Positions 48,758 through 58,482 are shown, counted from the stretch's first letter. The stretch is 64,000 nucleotides of DNA from Bradyrhizobium sp. (GCA_036266415.1 DATANB010000083.1:3719-67718), one strand, 5' to 3'. Numbers and translations are program-made. Notes: generated by a model from the sequence alone, not told the origin.

Positions 48758-48887
48758 TGTCGTCCCGGCCAAGCGAAGCGCGAGCCGGGACCCATAACCA
48801 CCGTCGCCCGTTGGAGCAGAAGCCGTTAGCCACCGTATCAAAACGCGAGGCCGCGGCGTATGGGTCCCCGCGTGCGCGGGGACGACG
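48758..48887. repeat. TGTC/CGTC-tagged REP-like element, family D (tgtcgtcccgg...ggggacgacg)
   Basis: gtcccggc/gccgggac hairpin, gacccata/tatgggtc IR, gtccccgcg/cgcggggac hairpin. Confidence 0.78.
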
Positions 48888-48946
48888 GGCGCGTCCTTCG
48901 TTGCGATGCGCATCAAATCCCCCCGATACGCCCTGCTCTATCCGCC

Positions 48947-49132
48947 TCAGCTATGATGCGGGCCGCGCATGATCTTCATGGCGTCCTCGATGTGGCGCCA
49001 CTCGCGGGCTTCCTCGACCTCGCCCTTGCTCTCGCAGGCGACCGCCTGCTGCGCGGCTTGCGCGATCGCCGCAAAGCCGTGCTTTTCGATCATCTGCCGC
49101 GCGATGGTGTGAATCTGCGTCTCGGATACCAT
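48947..49132 (-). CDS. Small hypothetical protein (61 aa)
   Basis: SD AGGGAG; MVSETQIHTIARQMIEKHG...MRGPHHS, helical. Confidence 0.65.
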   Translation of the reverse strand: MVSETQIHTIARQMIEKHGFAAIAQAAQQAVACESKGEVEEAREWRHIEDAMKIMRGPHHS

Positions 49133-49380
49133 GCTCGTCTCCCTGATATTCCCGCCCCGCCTATTCCCGCGACCTTTCCAAATCTTAATCGAACCGGATC
49201 GTTCGCGGCTTTCACCAATAAGTACGCCTTCCCTCCAGAAGCGGGAGGGCCGCTCCAAGGGATTTTTTGGCGGGGGCGAACCGGGTTCCCCGCCCTCCGT
49301 AACTTCCCCTAAGCAATCGAACCGAATTTTCCGCCCGGCCCGGCGCTGCTAGCTTCGTTTTCCGAGAGGCGAGTTGGAAC

Positions 49381-49614
49381 ATGACCCAGCTTTATTTCCA
49401 TTGCTCCAGCACCGACCGCGTTTTGATCGATCCGCGCGGCGCCGCCGTCGGCGACCTCACCGAGGCCCGCGAGCATGCCGACGCCGTGATGCGCGCGCTG
49501 GTGATGGCGCCGGGCGCGGAAGACTGGCGCGGCTGGGTGCTGCATGTCAGCGACGATCTCGGCGAGGAGATCTTTGAGGTTCCCTTCGCCTCCGTGGTCG
49601 GCAGGCTGCACTAG
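49381..49614 (+). CDS. DUF6894-like small protein
   Basis: YFH...D..G....L.EAR..A...W...V.D..G..IF.VPF pattern. Confidence 0.7.
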   Translation: MTQLYFHCSSTDRVLIDPRGAAVGDLTEAREHADAVMRALVMAPGAEDWRGWVLHVSDDLGEEIFEVPFASVVGRLH

Positions 49615-49624
49615 CGAGGATGTC

Positions 49625-49792
49625 ATGCTGGTCGCGCTGCTCATATCGACGCCGCTCTGCCAAGGCCTCACGGCCATCATGACGCGGTGGAACCGGCTGT
49701 TCGAGATGGTCCGCGATCCCTATCGGCCCGAGCTGCATTACATGCGCGGGCCCGGCCCGAAATGGCGCGCGAAGCATCCCCGCCGTCGCTAA
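49625..49792 (+). CDS. Small hypothetical protein (55 aa)
   Basis: SD GAGGA; DPYRPELHYMRGPGPKW motif recognised from rhizobial small proteins. Confidence 0.6.
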   Translation: MLVALLISTPLCQGLTAIMTRWNRLFEMVRDPYRPELHYMRGPGPKWRAKHPRRR

Positions 49793-49804
49793 ACGACGCA
49801 AAGA

Positions 49805-49830
49805 AAAGCCCGGCGCGAGGGCCGGGCTTT
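49805..49830. terminator. Bidirectional intrinsic terminator
   Basis: aaagcccggc-gcgagg-gccgggcttt between convergent genes. Confidence 0.8.
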
Positions 49831-49838
49831 CCGTTCAC

Positions 49839-50732
49839 TTAGTGGTGACGGCCGGGAGGACCTCCGGCCGGCCCGCCGCCTCCGGCAGGCGGTCCGCCTG
49901 CGCGCGGTGCGGCGTTGATGTGAGGTGCTCCGCCACCCGGGCCGCCAGCCATCGGGCGCGGTCCGCCCATCTGCGCATGTGCCGCGAGCGGCTGGGACGG
50001 CTGAGGACGGGCTGCCATCGGCGCTCCGCCGGGGCGGCCGACATTGGGTTGCGCGAACTGCCGTTGCGCCGGCGCGGCAGAGAAGCGATGGCCCTCGAAG
50101 CGCTCCCGCGCTGCGGTGGGCTGGCGCGTCTCCCGGATATTCCGGTCGAAGCCGCGGGTGATGCGGTTCTCATGGGCGAAGCGATCCGGCCGCTCGTTCA
50201 CGAACCGATCCGATCGCTCACGCGCGAACCGGTCCGATCTCTCGTTGACGAAGCGATCTCGCGGCCCGCGAACGTCCCGCCCAATCGCCCCTGTCCGGGT
50301 CTCGACGCCGCGCTCTGTCGCGAAGCGGGCGTGCGACCGCCAATAGTTGTTCCAGTAAGCGAGGCGGTGGAACCAGGGCCTGTGCGAATAATAGGTGGTC
50401 CAGTAGGTATCGAGCGCGAACGGCACGATCGGAACATCGATCACATCGACGTAGTCCGGCAGCAGGACGTATCGGTTGCGGTAGTAATATTCGAGATACT
50501 CCGCCGCCACCCAGCCGCGGTCGTCACTCCAACTCACATCGCACCAACTCGCACCCCGGATGCAGCCGTGAATATTGACGCGGGCCCCGCCCGGAATCCG
50601 GTCGACCGTGGGAAAACCGGGCCCGGGTCCTGCCCTCATGCTCACCGAAGTCGTCACAAGGCCCGGCGCCGCAAGTGCGGCGGTGGGCACCGCCAGCAGC
50701 ACAGCTGCCGCAAGAAATCCTGAAAGTCTCAT
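49839..50732 (-). CDS. Secreted SH3b-domain protein with an Arg/Gly/Pro-rich tail
   Basis: SD AGGAGG; signal peptide; MRAGPG..FP.V..IP.G..V.I.GC....WC.V......GWV...YL. Confidence 0.85.
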   Translation of the reverse strand: MRLSGFLAAAVLLAVPTAALAAPGLVTTSVSMRAGPGPGFPTVDRIPGGARVNIHGCIRGASWCDVSWSDDRGWVAAEYLEYYYRNRYVLLPDYVDVIDVPIVPFALDTYWTTYYSHRPWFHRLAYWNNYWRSHARFATERGVETRTGAIGRDVRGPRDRFVNERSDRFARERSDRFVNERPDRFAHENRITRGFDRNIRETRQPTAARERFEGHRFSAAPAQRQFAQPNVGRPGGAPMAARPQPSQPLAAHAQMGGPRPMAGGPGGGAPHINAAPRAGGPPAGGGGPAGGPPGRHH

Positions 50733-50754
50733 GTGCATATCCTCCTGGCGAGGC

Positions 50755-50779
50755 AACGCACAACCGCAACAACCGTTCC
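50755..50779 (-). promoter_or_regulatory. Sigma-EcfG-type promoter GGAAC-N16-CGTT
   Basis: Minus strand ggaac ggttgttgcggttgtg cgtt, 22 nt before ATG 50732. Confidence 0.75.
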
Positions 50780-50901
50780 AGTTCAGAGGGTGTCGCCCTG
50801 TTCGACCTTCGACCATGGAAGTGGCTTGGAACCGCCGCAATAAGCCCGCAAATGCCAGCGTCAATGAAGGGATCGGCGCGTTAGTCAGTGAGTTGCGTAA
50901 A

Positions 50902-51117
50902 ATGAGCAGAATGAAACGTCACGCTTTCAAGTCGATACCCGCGGAGCAGCTTTGGTCCTTCCCGCAGTCAGCCGCTACCGATCAGGCAGAACCTGCAACA
51001 CCAGCCGGCAACTTCGGCGCCCAGCTGCAAAAGTTCCGGCAGCTGAATGATTATTGCGACGCGGCGGTCGCCGAAATCCGCGCCTCGCTCGCGCGCAGCC
51101 AGGACGAAGGCCATTGA
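50902..51117 (+). CDS. Small hypothetical protein
   Basis: 71-aa ORF filling an otherwise empty gap; no SD or family recognised with confidence. Confidence 0.35.
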   Translation: MSRMKRHAFKSIPAEQLWSFPQSAATDQAEPATPAGNFGAQLQKFRQLNDYCDAAVAEIRASLARSQDEGH

Positions 51118-51135
51118 GGCCTGCAATCGCCGCGC

Positions 51136-52020
51136 TCAGGCCACATCGGCCTGGGCGGTCTCCGTCTCCGCTGCGGCGAGCGCATCGAGGTCGACGAGGT
51201 GCGGATCGTCGGGACTGATATCGCCATCGGAGCGGCCCCTGCCGTGGACGTGCATCAGGGTCTGCACCCGCCGGGCATTCAGGAAGTCGACATGCTGATG
51301 ACGCAGCGCGAGCGGCAGTAATCTTTTTGGCAAGCCCACCAGCACGAAAGCCGGAACCCGGCGCGTCTCGCCGCCCTCCCGCCAAAGCAGCGGATTGAGC
51401 GTGTAGATCGATTGCCGCTCGATCTCCGGCGGCGGCGGCTGCTCCGGCTCGGGCGCCGCGCGAAGCGCGGTGTTGACGTTGCCCGCGCGCGTGCGCACCG
51501 CATCGGATCGCAGCTCCCAGCAGATCAGGTCGGCGGCGGCAAGAACCTCGCGGCGCACCGCATCGACGCTGGCCGAGAACCTGGTCGCTTCCGGCATCGA
51601 GGCCGGGCTCTTGGTGACGGCCTCCACCAGCGCGGCGGCGCCGGCGCCAAATCCCGGGGCGGCCTGCTCGATGGCCGCCGCCATCGCCTCGATCGCGTCC
51701 GCCGCCGCGTCGCGGTCGCGCTGCGCTCTCGCGTCCGCCAGCGCGCGCTCGGTCGAGGCGATTTGCTCGTCGAATTCCGCCAATTCCGCGCGCAGGATTT
51801 TGGCGCGCTCCTCGACGGCGCGCATGTTGGCCTCGGCCCGATCCAGCTTGGCATTGGCGGCGCCGGCCACTGCCAGCCGCTCGGCTGCGGCACGTCTTTC
51901 CGCAAGTTCCGCCTCGGCGATGCCAAGCCGGTCGGCCAGCTTCTGCCGCGCCGCCTGCCTGTCCCTGAGCGCACCCTCGAAGCGCTCGACCGGGCCGAGC
52001 TCACGCTTGAAAAATGCCAT
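51136..52020 (-). CDS. Hypothetical coiled-coil protein
   Basis: 294 aa, Ala/Glu/Arg heptads in the N-terminal half, native codon usage. Confidence 0.7.
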   Translation of the reverse strand: MAFFKRELGPVERFEGALRDRQAARQKLADRLGIAEAELAERRAAAERLAVAGAANAKLDRAEANMRAVEERAKILRAELAEFDEQIASTERALADARAQRDRDAAADAIEAMAAAIEQAAPGFGAGAAALVEAVTKSPASMPEATRFSASVDAVRREVLAAADLICWELRSDAVRTRAGNVNTALRAAPEPEQPPPPEIERQSIYTLNPLLWREGGETRRVPAFVLVGLPKRLLPLALRHQHVDFLNARRVQTLMHVHGRGRSDGDISPDDPHLVDLDALAAAETETAQADVA

Positions 52021-52171
52021 GGCAATGCCCCCCGCGAATAAGGAGCCGGCCGCGAATCAGCCGGCAGACCCATTACGCCGGAAAACTAGTCGAAAACTTG
52101 GATAACATTGCGGCTTGCGGCCGGCGCCGTGGCGCACGGCGGCCGGGCGCCCTCGCCGATCGGCAGATGTC

Positions 52172-52360
52172 TCAATCGCGCTTGGTCGGGGCCGGCCGGC
52201 CCCGCTGAAGGCGCAGTCTTGCCGCCCTCATGCGCTCCGTCTCTTCGTCAAGCGCCCTGGTTTTCTCCTCGAGCTGCGCGATCTTCGAGCTGTTCGAGGC
52301 GTCATTGCTGCGCAGCTTTTCGATCACCTTACCAACCGAGAGCTTGTTTATTTCAGCCAT
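52172..52360 (-). CDS. Small coiled-coil hypothetical protein
   Basis: SD AGGAGG, 62 aa. Confidence 0.6.
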   Translation of the reverse strand: MAEINKLSVGKVIEKLRSNDASNSSKIAQLEEKTRALDEETERMRAARLRLQRGRPAPTKRD

Positions 52361-52474
52361 CCTAAAACCCCTCCTTCCGGCAAAGCCCGCCCGCTTGCGA
52401 CCTCAAACCGTTTTGATCCTGGTCGAATTGATATGGCTCAAAACGCTCGTTATTTTCAGTCCCGCAGATACCGG

Positions 52475-52861
52475 TCAGGGAGCCAAGCCTTCGACCGCAA
52501 AAATGCGGAATTTTGCGTATTTTTCGCCGATCTTCTGCGCGTCCAGATAGGCCTGAGAAGTATACGCCGCCTGCGCTTTGTCCATATTTTCAAAAACGGA
52601 GAGAACGATGCGCGATTTTGGCGGGTCACCCGCTATCGCCAGCGTATTGCTGCTCGACGCGAGCCGTTTCTGGCCGCTAGCGGCAAGCGCCTTGTTGGCG
52701 AGTGAAATGTATTCATTGGCGTAACCGGTTTCGTCGACGACATCGATCTCAGAGACGACGTAAGCGGGTGCTGCGGTCTGCGCATGAAGTTCATGGACCG
52801 CGGCCGCGCCAAGTCCGAACCCGGCGAGCATTGCCAAACCTAATTTGACATGCGTCTTCAT
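52475..52861 (-). CDS. DUF1330 domain protein with signal peptide
   Basis: PAYVVSEIDV.D, F..MDKAQAAY.S.AY, FRIFAVEG. Confidence 0.82.
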   Translation of the reverse strand: MKTHVKLGLAMLAGFGLGAAAVHELHAQTAAPAYVVSEIDVVDETGYANEYISLANKALAASGQKRLASSSNTLAIAGDPPKSRIVLSVFENMDKAQAAYTSQAYLDAQKIGEKYAKFRIFAVEGLAP

Positions 52862-52998
52862 TGGCTTCTCCCTAAATATCGGCGGAAAACATTATACGCC
52901 GGCGATTATTCGCCGCAACCGGCCGCAAGCGGCGGCCAATTCAGCCCGGCTTATCGAACCTGCGGCGCAGGGCTTCGCCAGACGAGCCATCTTCGGCA

Positions 52999-54222
52999 TT
53001 ATTCGGCGGCGATCTTGTTTGAAGCGGTCACGTAGCCGTCACGAGCCTGCGGCAGCTTCCAGCCGAGCAGCCGGCTCGCGACCTGGTTGCGCAAGACTTG
53101 TGCCGTGCCGCCGCCAATCGTGAACATGCGAGCGTCGCGCATGATCCGCTCCATCGGATTGTTGCGCGAATAGCCTCGTGCGCCAAAGATCTGCAAGGCA
53201 TCACTCGTCACCTTGATCGCCATCTCGGATGCGAAAATCTTTGCCTGCGCGGCTAGCAGCGGATCGGGAAAGGGGTCTGCGCTGGCGGCTGCGTTGCGAA
53301 TGCACAAGCGGGCGGCGTTCAGCTGCACCGACATGTCGGCCAGCATCCATTGCAGCCCCTGGAATTCGGCAATCGGACGGCCGAATTGATGGCGCGATTT
53401 CGAAAACGTCAGCGCCTGCTCGAAGGCCCCCTGCGCCAGGCCAAGAGCGACCGTCGCGGCGCCGACGCGCTGGCTGTTGTAAGCCATCATCAGTTCGGCG
53501 AAGCCGCGCTTCCAGCCCCCAGGAGGCACAAGAACCATGTCGATGGGCACTTCGGCATCGTCGAGAATGATCTCGGTCTCCGGAATGCCGCGCAGCCCCA
53601 TCGTAGGCTCACGCTTTCCGACGCGCAGGCCCTTCCCTTCAGCGGGGGCGTCCGGGTTGCGCACGATGATAAAGCCGCCGATTCCCTCCGCGTCGCCGCG
53701 CTCATTGAACACGCGGGCAAAGACAAGGTGAAGCCGGGAAACGCCGCCCCCGGTAATCCAATGCTTCTTGCCGTTCAGCACATAACCCGAACCGCGTTTG
53801 TCCGCGCGCGTCGTCATCTCGGTGGCGGCTGACCCCGCCTCCGGTTCGGTGATGCAGATCGCGGGCTTGTCGCCCGCAAGAACAATCTCGGCGGCAAGCT
53901 TCTTTTGCTTCTCGCTGCCATAGTGCATGACGGCCGAGATGGCGCCCATATTGGCTTCAACCGCGATCCGGCCTGTGACGCCGCAGACGCGCGCCATTTC
54001 TTCCACGATCAGGCTTGCATCCAGGAAGCTGCCACCTGCGCCGCCATACGTCTTGGGGATCGTATAGCCCATCAGACCGGCCGACGTGAGATCTCGGACG
54101 TTATCCCATGGGTAAGTTTCGCTTCTATCCGTTTCGGCCGCGCGTGCCTTGATCGAACCCTCGGCGATCTCGCGCGCCAGCCCTTGAAGCTTCTTTTGCT
54201 CCGGAGTCAGGTCAAACAGCAT
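52999..54222 (-). CDS. acdA: Acyl-CoA dehydrogenase-fold protein, 3-sulfinopropanoyl-CoA desulfinase (AcdA)-like
   Basis: YPWDNV, GRIAVE, LAGDKPAICITEP, YNSQRVG, MFTIGGGTAQ, KLPQARDGY; lacks the usual catalytic Glu; SD GGAGG. Confidence 0.75.
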   Translation of the reverse strand: MLFDLTPEQKKLQGLAREIAEGSIKARAAETDRSETYPWDNVRDLTSAGLMGYTIPKTYGGAGGSFLDASLIVEEMARVCGVTGRIAVEANMGAISAVMHYGSEKQKKLAAEIVLAGDKPAICITEPEAGSAATEMTTRADKRGSGYVLNGKKHWITGGGVSRLHLVFARVFNERGDAEGIGGFIIVRNPDAPAEGKGLRVGKREPTMGLRGIPETEIILDDAEVPIDMVLVPPGGWKRGFAELMMAYNSQRVGAATVALGLAQGAFEQALTFSKSRHQFGRPIAEFQGLQWMLADMSVQLNAARLCIRNAAASADPFPDPLLAAQAKIFASEMAIKVTSDALQIFGARGYSRNNPMERIMRDARMFTIGGGTAQVLRNQVASRLLGWKLPQARDGYVTASNKIAAE

Positions 54223-54575
54223 TCTTCCGCCCTCCATGATCCTTTCCCCACCTTGACCTCGGCTCATGAATCCGCACAAGCGAAAAACCGCATAGAGACC
54301 ACTTCATGCAGCCCGGTCTTCGGCCAAACGTTGCTGGTTCGGGCACAAAATGGCAACTCCGGTCGGTTACCAAATGGTTTTCGGATAGCATCCGATTGCG
54401 GAGACATGGTTCACCGAGTTCTCACAACTCATTGCTAAACTGGAACAATGAATAAACGACGAAACGTGAACGTGTCTGCGATCGAAGCCGGGATCGAGGT
54501 GGCAAGATCTTTCGGCATTCCACGCAAAACAGCATCGATACCTGTACAAACACGCGACGCATCGGGGGCATAACT

Positions 54576-55004
54576 ATGTCAGATCAGATCGATTGGGATT
54601 TCGCGAGCGACGACGACGCAAAGGCGGAAATCGGCGCGGCGGTCAGATATCTGCTCAAGGATGCGATCGGCAGCGGGCGCGCCGATATTGTTCGGGAGAT
54701 CGTCGAAATCGTCCGCAACGTCGCGAGCGGACAGCTGCCACCTGAGCATCCCTATCCCCTGGATGCTCGCGCGGCGAAGCAACCGCTCATGAGCGGCATT
54801 ACCTATAAGTCCTACGTCATCGACACCTACCGGCGCGATATCGATAGATGGCGCGCGACAATCCGCAGATTGGATGGAAAGAAAATTCGGGTTGCCGTCC
54901 CGCCCTCGGTGGTCGGCGAAACCACGACCTCAGCCGATGCGCTTACCGCCGAGAAGGCGGTCAGGCTTGCAAAGAAAGAGATCGATAGCGGCGGGCTGAT
55001 CTGA
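54576..55004 (+). CDS. Hypothetical protein
   Basis: 142-aa ORF, no recognisable family. Confidence 0.5.
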   Translation: MSDQIDWDFASDDDAKAEIGAAVRYLLKDAIGSGRADIVREIVEIVRNVASGQLPPEHPYPLDARAAKQPLMSGITYKSYVIDTYRRDIDRWRATIRRLDGKKIRVAVPPSVVGETTTSADALTAEKAVRLAKKEIDSGGLI

Positions 55005-55313
55005 TCCAGAAAGCCTTGTGGCTGGCGCACGCTCTTCCAGTCGGAGTGCGCCATGATCCCTCCTTCACGCCTTGGAGCCCCTCGGCTTCATGGCAGGCCG
55101 CCGCCGACCATGATCGAGGCGCTACGCGCATTTACCATGTCCTGTCGGGGCGCGGCGCAATATTGAACTCCTGATCCGGCGTCTCGATCGGCTGCAGTAT
55201 CGCTTCGAGATATCGAAGCTGGGGGCCCTATGGCTTTTTGCTGATCTGGGCCGCCAAAATTCATCCACATTTCCCTTTACGAAATCGTTCCGTTCAGGAA
55301 AGGAGAACCTCAC

Positions 55314-55556
55314 ATGCCGGTCAAGCACGCAATCTTCGCCGGTTCGATCGCCGCCATGGTTTCGCTGACGGCGCCGGCGCTGGCCAGACATACCGATACC
55401 CCGAAGACCAGCGAACAACCGACGTCATCGCCGTGCAGCGCCCTGCAGCGGATGGCCGATGGGACGTGGACACAACTCCCGTGCCAGGAACTGGGCTCAC
55501 CAAAACAATTGCCGCGAAATTCCTCGACGCAAAGTTCACAACAGCAAACGCGCTGA
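55314..55556 (+). CDS. Small secreted hypothetical protein with two Cys
   Basis: SD AAGGAG, signal peptide, C....DG.W..LPCQE. Confidence 0.7.
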   Translation: MPVKHAIFAGSIAAMVSLTAPALARHTDTPKTSEQPTSSPCSALQRMADGTWTQLPCQELGSPKQLPRNSSTQSSQQQTR

Positions 55557-55578
55557 GCACCGGCGGCCAGGTGGACAC

Positions 55579-56367
55579 TCAGAGACCATCGAGATCGGGC
55601 GGATCGAACCAGTTCGTCAGCGACAGGCCGCCGTCGACCACGATCGCAGCTCCCGTGACGTAGGCCGACACCCGGTTTGACAGCACCGCCAGCGCCATCG
55701 GTGCGAGGTCCTGGGCCTGGCCGAGGCGGCCGAGCGGGATGTGTCTCGCGAGCGACGGATCGGCGACGAAACCGCCCGCGGCGATGGCGCCGGGCACCAG
55801 CGCATTGACCCGGATTCCAAAGCGGCCAAAGGTCTTTGCCAGTTCCCTGACCAGCATCGTGAGCGCCGCTTTCGCCGTCGAGTAATGCGGCAGGTTGCGC
55901 GGCGTGGCTGAATGCAGCGAGGTCAGGAACAGGAACGAACCGGGTTCCTTGGCCGCGATGAGCTTTCGCGCGAGTTCGCGTGCGAGGTGAAAGCCGGCGT
56001 CGACGTTGACCGCGCGCATCTGCTCCCAGGTCTGGGTGCTGACGGCCAGCGCATGATCGGCCTCGCGCCGTGGCGGTGACGCGCTGTGAACGAAGTGCGT
56101 CACCCGCCCAACGGCCGATTGTGCGTGGGCCAGCAGCGCATCGCAGGCGTCGCGATTAGCGAGGTCGCCGACGAGCGGAACCGCCAGCTCCGGCCGGGGC
56201 GAGGCTTTGACCGCCGCGGCGAGCGTCGCGGGACTGACGTCGGCGAATACGGTTCGCACGCCTTCGCCGACCAGAGCTTGCGCGATCGCGCGTCCGATGC
56301 CATTTCCAGCACCGGTGACCAAGGCGGCCTCGCGCGCAGGATCAAATGGTGTATTCAGCAGGCTCAT
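55579..56367 (-). CDS. Short-chain dehydrogenase/reductase
   Basis: TGAGNGIG, YSTAK, VDGG. Confidence 0.9.
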   Translation of the reverse strand: MSLLNTPFDPAREAALVTGAGNGIGRAIAQALVGEGVRTVFADVSPATLAAAVKASPRPELAVPLVGDLANRDACDALLAHAQSAVGRVTHFVHSASPPRREADHALAVSTQTWEQMRAVNVDAGFHLARELARKLIAAKEPGSFLFLTSLHSATPRNLPHYSTAKAALTMLVRELAKTFGRFGIRVNALVPGAIAAGGFVADPSLARHIPLGRLGQAQDLAPMALAVLSNRVSAYVTGAAIVVDGGLSLTNWFDPPDLDGL

Positions 56368-56436
56368 GGTATCAGAACTCCCCGCGATATCTGCGCAATC
56401 ATGGACTACAATCCCCTACTCGGGCATCTTATCCAT

Positions 56437-58110
56437 ATGTCGTTGACCCCGATAATTGTCGCAGCCCTCGCCGTCATCTGGCTGGCCGAACGTAGCGTCG
56501 AGCACCTTAAACTCGCTATCGCGGCGCTGTGCTTTAGCACCGCGGCGCTGTTGTTCGTCGTTGCCGATCTTGAAAGAGCGATACTGCTGTCATCTATCCT
56601 GGCAGCCGCGATCTTCGGCGCGTCCCGTATCAAATACAATCATAGCGGGCTCAAACTCATTGTAACAGATCTCCCATTGGCGTTTGCCGGGACGGTTCCC
56701 TTTTTTATAGTGCAGTATCCGCTCGCGGTAATGGCCACTCTCGCCGGAGGCATCGGTCTCATTCTGGCCGCAGCCGCGGCTCTGCTCTGCGTGCGCGGGC
56801 CGCCAGTTTCCCTGGAACTCCAATTTCTCCTATTCAGCGTTGCATGTATTGGTCTGGCGGCGGCATATCGGGCGAGCGGCGGGGCCGTTCCTTTCCAGCG
56901 AATAGCGGCTCTGCGGCGGTGTTTTCTCTCGACCTTCATCGCCTCCCTTCTCGATCCGCATTCCTGGCGGCGGTTCGGCGATCTCACTCTGAGCGATATA
57001 GCTCAACACCCGTTGCCGCTGATGGCGGCCGTACCGGCGCGCAGCCTCGACTATCCCGACATTATCGTCATCCAGCACGAGTCGATCTTCGATCCACGCA
57101 TATTCGGACTCCCGGTTGAACCAATTGTCGAAGCATTTCTGTCACCGGCAAACGGTCTGCATGGAAGCCTCAATGTCGATATTTTCGGCGGAGGATCGTG
57201 GCAATCCGAATTTAGTCTGCTCACCGGCCTTTCAAGCGCGAGCTTCGGTTCAAACGCCTATTTTCTTTTCAAGCGAGGCGTCGGCCGTTTCCACAACAGT
57301 CTGCCAAATACGCTCACGGCGCTTGGGTATAGAACAATGCTCACGTCGAGCTGCCGTCGCGACTTTCTAAACTACGATGAATTTTACCGTTCGATCGGAA
57401 TCAACGAACGTATTTTCACGGATGATTTTCAGCCACCGTTCGATATCAATCGATTTGAGACGACGAATTCCGACGCCGTATTTCTGGAAGCCGCACTCGG
57501 CGCTCACATGAAGAAGATTGCCTGCGATGCGACGCCTCGCTTTCTATATGCGCTAACCAACTTCAATCACGGTCCCCACAACCGCAGACTGGTTACACCC
57601 GGACAATTTGACAGCGAGCGCGCCTTTGCTGCGGCAAGCCTCCCCGATGCCTACTACGCCGAGTACTACGCGCGGCTCGCGGAGACGGCCGTGACCTGGA
57701 CCAGGCTCAAGTCCGAGCTTTCCTTCCGCTTTCCCAAACGTCCGACACTGATTATCCACTACGGAGATCATCAGCCCGTAATGACGCGGCGGATCGAGGG
57801 AAAACTCAAGCTGCCCGTGGACGCGAGGCGCCAGTTCCGCACGTTCTATGCCATGGAGACTTTGAATGACTGCTCCGGTCGACTGTCTCCCGGGCGCGGT
57901 CCAGACCTCGATATTGCTTTTCTCGGGACAGTGGCCTTGCAGCAGGCCGGCCTGCCGCTTGATGCGATCTTTGCCACGCGCGCCAGCCTGCTGGAGCATT
58001 GCGGCGCTGCGTATTTCGCATCGTCCTCGGAGCGGAAACGCCGCTTCCACCGTACGCTTGTCGATCTAGGCATGATCGATGTGGCGCTTACGCTGCGATA
58101 TCAACACTAA
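56437..58110 (+). CDS. Membrane-bound alkaline-phosphatase-superfamily transferase (LTA synthase/CgmA/RkpI-like)
   Basis: About 5 N-terminal TM; QHESIFDP, GGGSWQSEF, HGPH, YGDHQP; lower GC; start may be 56401. Confidence 0.75.
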   Translation: MSLTPIIVAALAVIWLAERSVEHLKLAIAALCFSTAALLFVVADLERAILLSSILAAAIFGASRIKYNHSGLKLIVTDLPLAFAGTVPFFIVQYPLAVMATLAGGIGLILAAAAALLCVRGPPVSLELQFLLFSVACIGLAAAYRASGGAVPFQRIAALRRCFLSTFIASLLDPHSWRRFGDLTLSDIAQHPLPLMAAVPARSLDYPDIIVIQHESIFDPRIFGLPVEPIVEAFLSPANGLHGSLNVDIFGGGSWQSEFSLLTGLSSASFGSNAYFLFKRGVGRFHNSLPNTLTALGYRTMLTSSCRRDFLNYDEFYRSIGINERIFTDDFQPPFDINRFETTNSDAVFLEAALGAHMKKIACDATPRFLYALTNFNHGPHNRRLVTPGQFDSERAFAAASLPDAYYAEYYARLAETAVTWTRLKSELSFRFPKRPTLIIHYGDHQPVMTRRIEGKLKLPVDARRQFRTFYAMETLNDCSGRLSPGRGPDLDIAFLGTVALQQAGLPLDAIFATRASLLEHCGAAYFASSSERKRRFHRTLVDLGMIDVALTLRYQH

Positions 58111-58482
58111 AACGTTCGCAGCTCCGAGACGATAGCCGTCAAGGCCACCGACAAATACGAAGAGCGCCACCTTCCTCGATTATTCTCATTGATCGCGGAT
58201 GCTGTAACCCTTGCGTCCTGGTTTAATTCCGGGGAATCCAAAAATTATTGCCGGACCGCCAGAAGCGGTCGTCGCGACGAGGTCGGATTTGACCCTATCC
58301 GACATTTCGCGGTCGCAAGCATCAGAATTCTATTTTGACGGGGACCTCTTCCGTTCAAGACCATCTAGGCAAGCAGTACGCGAGCATGCGGACGGACCCG
58401 TTGGCACGTCGGACGATTGCCGAGCCAGTTCAGCGCCTACGCGCTCGGGACGGCAATAAACCATCACCCCAGGAGGCTACCA

